Shown in pieces: positions 54,599 to 62,884 of a DNA stretch of 62,884 bases. The DNA is from Candidatus Binatia bacterium (GTDB lineage Bacteria; Desulfobacterota; Binatia; UTPRO1), in contig JBDSJB010000104.1 of the NCBI GenBank assembly GCA_039917665.1, forward strand, positions 1 through 62,884, in the 5' to 3' direction. The position numbers and the translations under genes were made by a program. Under the pieces are notes generated by a model, which was not told the origin of the DNA, did not search any database, and was given only the letters and a program-made list of their open reading frames with translations. Every line of letters begins with the position of its first letter. The first letter of the stretch is position 1.

Positions 54599-54862
54599 TC
54601 AGTGGCGGGTCAAGTTGGCGTCGTCCTCATCCAATCCGAGCAGGGTCCCGAGCGCGGCACACGCGTCGTGCAGCGGCCCGTCGATCGTGTCGCTGACCAA
54701 TTGCTCCACGGCCGCCAAATCATCGGGGCCGGGCGGCTCGGACTCGTGATGCATGCCATGCAGGGCCCAGGCGACCGTGCTCAAGCGGTTCCGAACCTCG
54801 GCAAGTAGTCCCAACGCCTTCTCGGGCGACATCTCGGGGGAATCTTTGCCCTTGTCTGCCAT
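54599..54862 (-). CDS. small acidic hypothetical protein
   Basis: ATG 54862 has GGAGGA 5 nt upstream; 87 aa. The stop is 2 nt before the isochorismatase ATG. Confidence 0.5.
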   Translation of the reverse strand: MADKGKDSPEMSPEKALGLLAEVRNRLSTVAWALHGMHHESEPPGPDDLAAVEQLVSDTIDGPLHDACAALGTLLGLDEDDANLTRH

Positions 54863-54947
54863 GTGTCCTCCTGGGGGTATGCAGCCCGATCGGTCCCACC
54901 TTATGCGGGGGAGCCGACGCCGGCAATTGCGGGGTGACGTGCGATCG

Positions 54948-55874
54948 TCAGGGCGCCGGGGAGAGCGGCAGGGACCAGGTGTCGCCGACATGGCGAATCA
55001 CGACGCGGTCGGCGGCGGGACCTGCGGCCGCCAGGAGTCGCGTCATCGCCTCGCCGAGCGGCTCTTTGCCGAGCCGAAACGTGTCCCAATGCACCGGGAG
55101 GAGATACGAAGCCCCGCTCTCCTGGAACATGCGCCAGACCTGCTCGGGATTGGCGTGATTCATCACCCAAGGATCGTACGCGCCGGCCCCGAGCACGACG
55201 ACCTGCACGCCGCGCTCGCGCCCGACAGCGCCGAGCTTGGGAGTGTACGCGGTATCACTCGCGAACAGCACCCGTACCTCGCCGCGCGTGAACAGGTAGC
55301 CGTTGTAACCCCGGAACCGATCCCACGGCCATCGCTCGCCCCAATGATTCACGTCCACGGCCTCGATCGTGACCTCGCCGGCGCTCACATGCTCGCCCCA
55401 GGGAAGCTCTTGGATCCGCGCGAACGATACACCCGCCACGATGTCCTTCGTTCGTGTCGGCAAAACGAGCAGCGGTGCCGACGTCACGCGCGCGAGCGAA
55501 GGCAGATCGAGACTGTCGAGGTGTGCGTGCGTCACGACGACGGCGTCGAGGGGCGGCAGCTCGTCGGGCGCGAGCGCGGCTTTGACGACGCGTTTCGGGC
55601 CGAGCGTGACGGGACCGATGCTCAAACCGATCCGATCGAAGAACGTCGGATCGGTCAGGATGCGGGTCCCGCCGAAGTCGATCAGGATCGACGCGTGGCC
55701 GACATAGGCGATCGTGAGATCCGACGACGACCACTGTGCCGGAATCGGCCGCACCGGCGCGTCGACCGTCGGCTGCAGCACCACGCCGCAGGCATAGGCG
55801 AAGCCGGCGAGCACCGCGCCGAGGAGCAGCGCGACCCCGAGGAGTCGCCGTCGCAGCACCCCGCCACCGCTCAC
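54948..55874 (-). CDS. MBL-fold metallo-hydrolase with N-terminal TM/signal segment
   Basis: GTG 55874 overlaps the crotonase stop (GTGA). LLGVALLLGAVLAGFAYA; YVGHASILIDFGGTRILTDP; VVVTHAHLDSLD. Confidence 0.8.
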   Translation of the reverse strand: MSGGGVLRRRLLGVALLLGAVLAGFAYACGVVLQPTVDAPVRPIPAQWSSSDLTIAYVGHASILIDFGGTRILTDPTFFDRIGLSIGPVTLGPKRVVKAALAPDELPPLDAVVVTHAHLDSLDLPSLARVTSAPLLVLPTRTKDIVAGVSFARIQELPWGEHVSAGEVTIEAVDVNHWGERWPWDRFRGYNGYLFTRGEVRVLFASDTAYTPKLGAVGRERGVQVVVLGAGAYDPWVMNHANPEQVWRMFQESGASYLLPVHWDTFRLGKEPLGEAMTRLLAAAGPAADRVVIRHVGDTWSLPLSPAP

Positions 55875-56632
55875 GAGCGTCGCAGCAATCGCTCGCGCAT
55901 CTCGCCCATACGACGGCGGCCGCTTTCCGAGAACCACACGTCGAGAAACTCGCGATTCACCCGCTCCCGGGTGGCCGCATATTCAGCAAGCGCCGGGGCC
56001 AGTAGATGCGCCTTCAGCGTCGCGTATGCCTCCAGCGAATCGGGTGCGACCGAACGCGCAGCTGCCACGGCGCGCGCAATCAGGTCGGACGGCGGAACGA
56101 CCTCGTCGACGAGGCCGCGGGCCAGCGCGTCGGCTGGCGCGTGAAGCCGACCGAACAACATCACCTCGCGGAGATGCGACGGAGAGAGGGCGTGCCGCAT
56201 GACGGCCAGCGGGATCGCGGGGAACGGAATCCCGACTTGGACCTCGTTCACACCCACGGTCACGTCACGGTCGACGGCAACCCGGAGATCACACGCGAGC
56301 GCCAAGACGCAACCCCCAGCGATCGCGTGACCGTTCACGGCCGCGACCGTGGGTCGCGGGAGCGAGAACCACGCCAAGACGGTCTCATCCAGCCGATCGA
56401 CGAAGCTCCTGAGCGTGACCCGATCGAGGTCGTAGAGCTCGCGCAGATCGAGACCCGCGCAGAAGCAGCGGCCGTGCCCCGTCAGCACGACCGGCAGCGC
56501 GTCGCCGCTTTGCAGCTCGGCGATCGCGGCCTGCATGTCGCTGAAGAAGTCGCCGTTCATCGCGTTGACCTTGTTCGAGGTCATCGTGACGACGTGAACG
56601 TCGTCGACGCGCGCGATGCTCCAACGACCCAT
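55871..56632 (-). CDS. enoyl-CoA hydratase/isomerase (crotonase) family protein
   Basis: VVLTGHGRCFCAGLDLRE; AAVNGHAIAGGCVLALACD. Confidence 0.85.
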   Translation of the reverse strand: MGRWSIARVDDVHVVTMTSNKVNAMNGDFFSDMQAAIAELQSGDALPVVLTGHGRCFCAGLDLRELYDLDRVTLRSFVDRLDETVLAWFSLPRPTVAAVNGHAIAGGCVLALACDLRVAVDRDVTVGVNEVQVGIPFPAIPLAVMRHALSPSHLREVMLFGRLHAPADALARGLVDEVVPPSDLIARAVAAARSVAPDSLEAYATLKAHLLAPALAEYAATRERVNREFLDVWFSESGRRRMGEMRERLLRRS

Positions 56633-56655
56633 GGGGTCAGGCTCGCGACGACGCG

Positions 56656-57258
56656 CTAGGGCGTGACGCGCGTCACCGACTCGATCACGACCGGCGTTTC
56701 GGGGACGTTCTGGTGCGGCGGACGCGCAGTGGTCTTCACCGCCTCGATCTTCTTCACGACATCCATGCCAGCCGTCACCTTCCCGAAGACGGCATAGCCG
56801 AAGCCGGCGGGCGACTCGTCGCGGTGGTTCAGCTGGGCGTTGTCAGCCACGTTGATGAAGAACTGCGAGGTCGCGCTGTCGACGATGCCCGTCCGCGCCA
56901 TCGCGAGCGTACCCGTCGCGTTCTTCAGACCGTTTCCGGCTTCGTTCTTGATCGGAGCCTTGGTGGGCTTCTGCTGCATGTTGGGCGTGAAACCGCCGCC
57001 CTGGATCATGAAGCCCGGAATCACGCGGTGGTAGATGGTGCCGTCGTAGAATTTGCTGTCGACGTAATCGAGGAAATTCTTGACGCTGATCGGAGCCTGC
57101 AGCTGGTCGAGCTCGATCGTGATTTCACCCATCGACGTCTTCATCAGCACCGACGGATTCTTGCTGGGTGACGGCTTCGGGCTCGGATCCGCAGCCTGCG
57201 CGGTCGCGACCGAAATGAACAGCATCGAGAACACTGCGAGCGTCGACGTCAACGTCAT
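56656..57258 (-). CDS. periplasmic peptidyl-prolyl cis-trans isomerase (cyclophilin type)
   Basis: Signal peptide [22 protein letters not shown]; [20 protein letters not shown]; SATSQFFIN. Confidence 0.92.
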   Translation of the reverse strand: MTLTSTLAVFSMLFISVATAQAADPSPKPSPSKNPSVLMKTSMGEITIELDQLQAPISVKNFLDYVDSKFYDGTIYHRVIPGFMIQGGGFTPNMQQKPTKAPIKNEAGNGLKNATGTLAMARTGIVDSATSQFFINVADNAQLNHRDESPAGFGYAVFGKVTAGMDVVKKIEAVKTTARPPHQNVPETPVVIESVTRVTP

Positions 57259-57628
57259 GATGGCCTCCCCAGCGACGATGGTTGTGAAAGACGAGCCCGT
57301 ATTTCACGCACCACCATGGGGGTCAAGACAGCTGGCGTGAGACAAGGCTCCTCCCGGCGGCGTAGAGCGCCGCGACACCGAGCACGTAGATGAAGAGCGC
57401 CAGCACGATCAGCAAACGGAATCCGATGGTCATCGCGAGCACCGTGCGCGAGACCGACCCACCACCGAAAACGCGCCGTTCACCGGAAGCGGGTCGCGAC
57501 GCGAAGGTCGCTCGTGGCCATCGCGGGGCGACCGATCTACCTCGCCACCCCGCTTTCGTCCGCAAACCGACTCAAGCATCTGGCGCCCGAACGGCGCGAG
57601 CCGCTATGAAAGCGCGAGGAGGCTATCC

Positions 57629-58084
57629 ATGCGTACCGTGAACGGTCTCGAAGAACTGCAGTCACTCGTCGGGCAGGAGCTCGGCGTGAGCGATTGGCAT
57701 ACCGTGCCCCAAGCCGAGGTTGATCTATTTGCCAAGGCCACCCACGATCATCAGTGGATTCACGTCGACCCGGAACGCTGCAAACGCGAATCCCCGTTCG
57801 GCGGTCCGATCGCGCACGGCTACTACACGATCGCGCTCGCCCCGGCGCTGCTCGCCCAGGTGCTCGAGGTGAAAGGCATTCGGATGGGCGTGAATTATGG
57901 GCTCAACAAGATGCGCTTGCCGAGCCCCGTGCCCGTCGGATCACGGGTTCGCTTGCGCGCCTCGCTCGCGGGCTACGAGGCCACCCCCGGCGGCGGCGCC
58001 GCCACGATCGGCCTCAGCTTCGAGGTCGACGGGCAGGCGAAACCCGCGTGTGTCGCCGAGGTGATCTACCGCTACTACGCGTGA
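57629..58084 (+). CDS. MaoC-like (hotdog fold) dehydratase
   Basis: FAKATHDHQWIHVDPERCKRESPFGGPIAHGYYT. Confidence 0.85.
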   Translation: MRTVNGLEELQSLVGQELGVSDWHTVPQAEVDLFAKATHDHQWIHVDPERCKRESPFGGPIAHGYYTIALAPALLAQVLEVKGIRMGVNYGLNKMRLPSPVPVGSRVRLRASLAGYEATPGGGAATIGLSFEVDGQAKPACVAEVIYRYYA

Positions 58085-59091
58085 GCTTCGGTAGGGGCGT
58101 CGTCGAGCAGCTCGACCTCGCCCTCGACCGTGAATCCCATCGTCTCGACGAGCGTCCGCGTCGGCGCAGTCGCGAGGCCGGGCGTGGTGAGGTAGCCCTC
58201 GACGAAGACGGAATTGGCCGGGTACAGCGCGAGGCCTTGCCACGCGCCGAGGTTCCGCTCGCGACCGCCGGCCGCGCGAATGTCGCTCGCGGGATTGGTG
58301 AAGCGCATGAGACAGAGCGCACGAAGGGCACGGGTCGCCGACACCTGCCCGCGATCGGCGAGGGGCGTGCCGTCGATCGACAACAGGAAATTGAGCGGCA
58401 GCGAGTCGACGCCGAGCTCGCGCAGCGCGAAGGCGAGATCGACGACATCCTCGTCGCCCTCCCCCATGCCGATGATGCCGCCGCAACACACCGAGAGCCC
58501 GGCGCTCTTCACCGCCTGGATCGTGCCGACGCGGTCGGCGTACGTGTGCGTCGTGCAGATCTCCGCATGGAAACGCTCGCTCGTGTTGAGATTGTGATTC
58601 ACCCAGCCGACGCCGGCAGCCTTCAGCTCGCGCGCCTGGGTCTCGTCCATGATGCCGAGCGAGACGCAAATCTCGAGGTCGGGATACTCGCTCTTGATGG
58701 CACGCGTCGCCGTTCCGAGCTGGCCGATGTCCCGCGCGCTCGGGCCGCGACCGCTCGTCACCATGCAGTAGCGACGTGCACCTCGCGCCACCGCGGCGCG
58801 CGCGCCGTCCACGAGCTCTTCGGTCGGCTGCAACCGGTACGTCTCGATCGGCGCGTTCGAAACGGCCGATTGGGAGCAGTAGTGACAATCCTCGGGGCAG
58901 AGACCGCTACGCGCGTTCCGCAGCATGCAGAGCTTGACCTGACGGCCCCAGTGACGCTCGCGCACCTGAAACGCCGCGAGGAGGAGATCGCGCAGGTCGT
59001 CGTCCGGCGACTGGAGAATCGCGAGCGCCTCGGCGCGCGAGGGGGCGTCGCCCGCTAGGGCGCGCGCGGCGTATTCGTCGTAGCGGCTCAT
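58075..59091 (-). CDS. bioB: biotin synthase
   Basis: Radical-SAM CPEDCHYCSQS; YCMVTSGRG; NHNLNTS; GIIGMGE. ATG 59091 forms an ATGA overlap with the upstream stop. Confidence 0.9.
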   Translation of the reverse strand: MSRYDEYAARALAGDAPSRAEALAILQSPDDDLRDLLLAAFQVRERHWGRQVKLCMLRNARSGLCPEDCHYCSQSAVSNAPIETYRLQPTEELVDGARAAVARGARRYCMVTSGRGPSARDIGQLGTATRAIKSEYPDLEICVSLGIMDETQARELKAAGVGWVNHNLNTSERFHAEICTTHTYADRVGTIQAVKSAGLSVCCGGIIGMGEGDEDVVDLAFALRELGVDSLPLNFLLSIDGTPLADRGQVSATRALRALCLMRFTNPASDIRAAGGRERNLGAWQGLALYPANSVFVEGYLTTPGLATAPTRTLVETMGFTVEGEVELLDDAPTEAHA

Positions 59092-61112
59092 GACCACCCC
59101 CGCTGCTCCGCGTAGAAAAACGGGCCGCCGAGATACATCGCGAAGCCGAGCGCGTAGACGAAGGCCAGGTCGGCCTCTTCCTTCGACGCGACGATGCCGC
59201 GACCGAGCAGGTCACGCGCCTTCAGCCACATCGAGCGCACGCAGCGATCCACGATCTCGTCGGGCTCGGCGACACGACTCCCGCGTGGAGCAGCGAGCGC
59301 CGGCAGCTCACTCCACGGCGCGCCCTTCTTGGCCCCCTCCCAGTCGTAGAACCCGCCGCCCGACTTCACGCCGAAACGACCGCGATCCCGCAGCACCGTC
59401 ACGAGTGGCGGCGAGGGCGGCGGCGCGGTCCGCGCGATGACGTCGAACATGCCGGCAGCGACGTCGACCCCCGCCTGGTCGGCGACCTCGAACGGGCCGA
59501 GCGGGAACACCCGGTCGCGCATCACCAGATCGATGCGCTCGATCGGCGTGCCCTCGCGGTAGAGCGCTTCCGCCTCGCGGAAGTATTCGGCCAGCGCGGC
59601 GTTCACCAAGAAGCCCGGCGAGCCGTCCTGCAAGAGCACCGGCACCTTGCCGATCTTGCGGACGAAGCCGTGTAGCGCGACCAGCACATCGGGCGGCGTC
59701 GCGCTCGTCCGGATCACCTCGACCAGGGCGCGTTGAGGATGCTCGGCGGGGCTGAAGAAATGCAGATTGACGAAGCTCGCCGGATCGCCGCCACCCTCCT
59801 TGAAGTACTCCGCGAGAAAGCCCGGTCCCATCGAGCTGCTGTTGGAGCTCACGATCGTATCCGGTCGAACGACCTTGGCGAGCGCGCGATAGAAAGATGC
59901 CTTGGCAACTGGATCCTCTTTCCGCGCCTCGATCACGAGATCGCAATCGGCGAACGCCGACAGATCCGTAGCGACTTTGACCGACCCCACTTCGGCATCG
60001 GCGGTGGCGGCGTCGACACGCCCGCGTTTCAGCAGCGGCTCGTACTTCTGGCGCATGCGTCCGGGCGCATTCGCCGCCAGCTCGGGGACGGGCACATGAC
60101 CCACGACCTCGAAGCCGGCCCGGCGCGCGAGGAACGCGATGGCATTGCCCATGAAGCCGTCGAAGCCGTCGATGCCGACTTTGCGGATGGGCCGCGGCGT
60201 CACCTTGGCGAGCGCGGTGGGGAGCTTGTTCACTCCCTGCTGCGTGAAGAAGAAGCGCATACCGGCCTTCCCTTCCGCACTCGTCGCGACTTCGAGGAAC
60301 CGGTCGCGCTCGAGCTTCACGCCCTCGCGCAGCGATTTCTGGACGCCCGCCGTCACGACCTCGAGCGCGACGTACGGGGCCCGCGGGTTCTGCCGGCCTG
60401 ACGTCGCCTTCGCGATCGTCGGAAGGATCATCGGCGCGATCTGCCCCGCGCTCGACAGATCGGGCGCCGGACGCTGCAGCGTCGGCAGCGTCTCACGCAC
60501 GAACCGGATCGCGAAGGCCTGCAGCTCCTCGCCCTCGGGAACCACCGCGTCGATCATGTGAATCGCCAGCGCCTGCTCGGCACGCAGCGATTTGCCCTGC
60601 AAGATGATGGAGAGCCCCGCGTCGCCACCGACGGGATCATTGGCGTTCACGAGCCCGGCTCGACGTGGCAGCCGTTGCGTCCCGCCGAGCCCCGGAAAGA
60701 TGTTGAGACCCATTTCTGGCAACCCGACCGACGACTTCTTCGTCGCCACGATGGCGCGGCACGCGAGCGCGAGCTCGTAGATGCCGCCGAGCGCGACGCC
60801 GTCGACGGCGGCTACCCACGGCACCGGACCTTCCTCGATCCGGAACAGCACCTCGTCACCACGATCGATCAGCGTCGTGAGGTCGGCCGCGCTCCCCTGC
60901 ATCAGCTCGCCGATGTTGGCGCCGGCGCCGAGACCAAAACGATTGCCGCTGAGGACGACGCCGACGAGCGGCGTTTGTGCATGCTGCGTCCGAATCGCTG
61001 CCTCGACCGCGTCGAGCTCCTCGATGGCCGCGCGGGAGAGCGTATTCATCGTGCCCTGATCGAACGTGACCAACGCCACGCCATTCTCGTACCGAGTCGT
61101 CAAGGTTGCCAT
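59088..61112 (-). CDS. bifunctional enoyl-CoA hydratase / 3-hydroxyacyl-CoA dehydrogenase (FadB/FadJ-like)
   Basis: N-terminal crotonase domain (FGLGAGANIGE, AAVDGVALGGIYELALAC). NAD-binding domain VGIDGFDGFMGNAIA, then 3HCDH C-terminal repeats. Confidence 0.88.
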   Translation of the reverse strand: MATLTTRYENGVALVTFDQGTMNTLSRAAIEELDAVEAAIRTQHAQTPLVGVVLSGNRFGLGAGANIGELMQGSAADLTTLIDRGDEVLFRIEEGPVPWVAAVDGVALGGIYELALACRAIVATKKSSVGLPEMGLNIFPGLGGTQRLPRRAGLVNANDPVGGDAGLSIILQGKSLRAEQALAIHMIDAVVPEGEELQAFAIRFVRETLPTLQRPAPDLSSAGQIAPMILPTIAKATSGRQNPRAPYVALEVVTAGVQKSLREGVKLERDRFLEVATSAEGKAGMRFFFTQQGVNKLPTALAKVTPRPIRKVGIDGFDGFMGNAIAFLARRAGFEVVGHVPVPELAANAPGRMRQKYEPLLKRGRVDAATADAEVGSVKVATDLSAFADCDLVIEARKEDPVAKASFYRALAKVVRPDTIVSSNSSSMGPGFLAEYFKEGGGDPASFVNLHFFSPAEHPQRALVEVIRTSATPPDVLVALHGFVRKIGKVPVLLQDGSPGFLVNAALAEYFREAEALYREGTPIERIDLVMRDRVFPLGPFEVADQAGVDVAAGMFDVIARTAPPPSPPLVTVLRDRGRFGVKSGGGFYDWEGAKKGAPWSELPALAAPRGSRVAEPDEIVDRCVRSMWLKARDLLGRGIVASKEEADLAFVYALGFAMYLGGPFFYAEQRGWS

Positions 61113-61215
61113 GGGCGCCTTTACTTCCGGGGAGGCGCCGAGTTGTCAACCCTGCGAAGTCGCTCCAGTTCACCACGGAATTGCGTCCGACCGTGCATCC
61201 TGTGAGAAGCGGACC

Positions 61216-62884
61216 GTGCGCACGTCCGACGTCGACGACCCCGCCCAATCGCCACCGCCACGGCGCCGCCGCGGCAGGCGGGCCGCGATCGCGCTGGTCG
61301 TGCTGCTCGCAATCCTCGTGGGCAGCGTCGCGTTGGCGCCCTCCGTGTCCACGCCCTTCCTCGCTCGGCGATTGTCCGCGGCTACCGGCGCCGACGTCCG
61401 CATCGGCTGGATCAGTTGGAACCCGCTGCGCGGCCGCATCGACCTGCATCGGATCGCCATCGCACCCCATGCGGACGAGCCGGCCGTCGTGACCGTCCAC
61501 GCGCTCACCATCGACGTCGCGCTGCAGCGCTGGCTGCACGGCGAGCGCGCCCTCGACGGGATCGTGCTCCGCCGGCCGTGGATCGCGCTTCGTCGCACGG
61601 GGCCCGGCGACTTCAATCTCGCGTCGCTCTTTCCGGGGCTCGTCGCCGACGTCGACGCGAAGGCCGCCGCCCCGCCAACCGCTCCGGGCCCACCGACGCC
61701 GTTTCGGATCGGAACGCTCCGGATCGTGAGCGGCAGCGTCGAGTTTCGCGACGAGACCATCACGCCCGCGCTCGAAACGTCCCTGCACCTCGACGATGCC
61801 AGCGCGCGCGATCTCGTGCTCGCCAACGATGGCAGCGCCGGCCTCGCCTTTCACATCGAGAGCCGAATCGAGGACGAGCCCCTCACCCTCGACGTCCGCT
61901 ACGACACCGCGGCGGACAGCTCGCACCTGACGGCCAAGCTGGAGGCCGCCGATGCGTCACTGGCGCGCGCGCTCCTCTACGTGCCGCTCGGCTGGCAGCG
62001 CACCGCGGGGACGATGGACGCGACGATCACGTACGAACGGCGCTTCGAGAAGAACGCGCTCCGCCAGCACGGGCTGAAAGCCAATCTCACCGTCCACGAT
62101 CTCGCGCTCACCGAGCCGTGGGCGAGTGAGCCCATGCTGCGCGCCAAGCGCGTACGCGTTCCGGCGCTCGCCGTCGACCTCGTGAAGCAACGCACCGATC
62201 TCGGCGCGATCCAGGTCGACGACTACCAGGCGCTGGTATTGCGGGACGCGAAGGGCGTGCACGTGCCGCTGGCCAGCGGCTCGCCCGGTACCGAGAAGTC
62301 GACGTGGCAGACGACGCTCGATCGTGTCGCCCTCGGCAAAGGCACCGCGACCCTCCGCAAAGTGATCACCGAGGCCGGCCCCGACTTGGTCGTGCCGCTG
62401 ACGAGCGGCACCATACGCTTGCCAGCGGATCAGGTGAGCTTCCAATTCGTCGGGACGCTCGCCGGGGGTCGGGTCACGCTCGAGGGTCAGGCCCGTGGCG
62501 CTGCGACGACGCTCGCGTTCGCGCTCGACGATCTCGCGCTGGCAGATGCGGCGCCGCTCGTCGGCCTCCCGCTCGGATTCACCAAAGGCCGGCTGCAAGG
62601 AACAGTGAACCTCGCGATGGGGGAAGCGACGCCGACCGTCAGCGCCACGCTGACGTCGACCGACACCAGCACGGCGCCGAGCCGCGCGCACCCGGAGGAG
62701 ATTCTCGCGTGGCAGCGTCTCGACGTGACGCTCGCGGCGAGTCCCCTCGATCCACTGCGCCTGCATCTCACGCAGGCGACGGTGACGTGGCCGTACGTCA
62801 TGCTGCATCGGCGGAGCGACGGCGTCTTTCCGCTCACGCTCGGCGACAGCGGATCATCGGCGGCGGCGCCAGCAGCGACGACCG
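61216..62884 (+). CDS. AsmA-like / DUF748-like membrane-anchored protein, 3' end outside window (not in ORF track)
   Basis: I checked frame 1 codon by codon and it is open from 61081 to the window end (over 550 codons from GTG 61216), with strong G/C third-position bias. The N-terminus RRRRGRRAAIALVVLLAILVGSVALA is a TM anchor. It is followed by long beta-rich segments (IGWISWNPLRGRIDLHRIAI, LRRPWIALRRTGPGDFNL). The family call is tentative. Confidence 0.6.
   Translation, partial: MRTSDVDDPAQSPPPRRRRGRRAAIALVVLLAILVGSVALAPSVSTPFLARRLSAATGADVRIGWISWNPLRGRIDLHRIAIAPHADEPAVVTVHALTIDVALQRWLHGERALDGIVLRRPWIALRRTGPGDFNLASLFPGLVADVDAKAAAPPTAPGPPTPFRIGTLRIVSGSVEFRDETITPALETSLHLDDASARDLVLANDGSAGLAFHIESRIEDEPLTLDVRYDTAADSSHLTAKLEAADASLARALLYVPLGWQRTAGTMDATITYERRFEKNALRQHGLKANLTVHDLALTEPWASEPMLRAKRVRVPALAVDLVKQRTDLGAIQVDDYQALVLRDAKGVHVPLASGSPGTEKSTWQTTLDRVALGKGTATLRKVITEAGPDLVVPLTSGTIRLPADQVSFQFVGTLAGGRVTLEGQARGAATTLAFALDDLALADAAPLVGLPLGFTKGRLQGTVNLAMGEATPTVSATLTSTDTSTAPSRAHPEEILAWQRLDVTLAASPLDPLRLHLTQATVTWPYVMLHRRSDGVFPLTLGDSGSSAAAPAATT

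Noticed and set aside
57323-57565. 80-aa ORF with a hydrophobic C-terminal half (MTIGFRLLIVLALFIYVLGVAALYAAG)
   Set aside because: It could be a tiny membrane protein. However, it has no SD, and with no homologue recognisable by eye and an Arg-rich N-terminal half there is insufficient support.

Overview
High-GC bacterial chromosomal window. The lineage is probably myxobacterium-like or deltaproteobacterial, judged from Myxococcus-type cysteine-rich repeats and sigma54/bEBP regulation. Core content: dnaA with a candidate oriC/DnaA-box region; the conserved tRNA-Val-thrS-infC-rpmI-rplT-pheS-pheT-ihfA block; surE-pcm-nlpD-apt; tkt-rpiB; beta-oxidation-type genes plus bioB. Accessory content: (1) three very large secreted repeat proteins (Cys-rich repeat, FG-GAP, TolB-like propeller); (2) an HK/NtrC-type pair followed by a perfect sigma54 promoter, which drives a CheY-like receiver and a small uncharacterised protein that has a paralog 12 kb away; (3) a DUF692 (MNIO)-DUF2063 peptide-maturase-like pair with no recognisable precursor gene, joined to a thioredoxin-fold lipoprotein and lying divergent from an ECF sigma / 17-Cys lipoprotein unit. 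I saw no transposase, integrase, CRISPR array or rRNA. Many long ORFs in the track are antisense or out-of-frame artefacts of the high GC content. One real CDS at the right edge (61216..62884, +) is missing from the track because it has no stop codon inside the window. All family calls come from motif recognition by eye; no database search was run.
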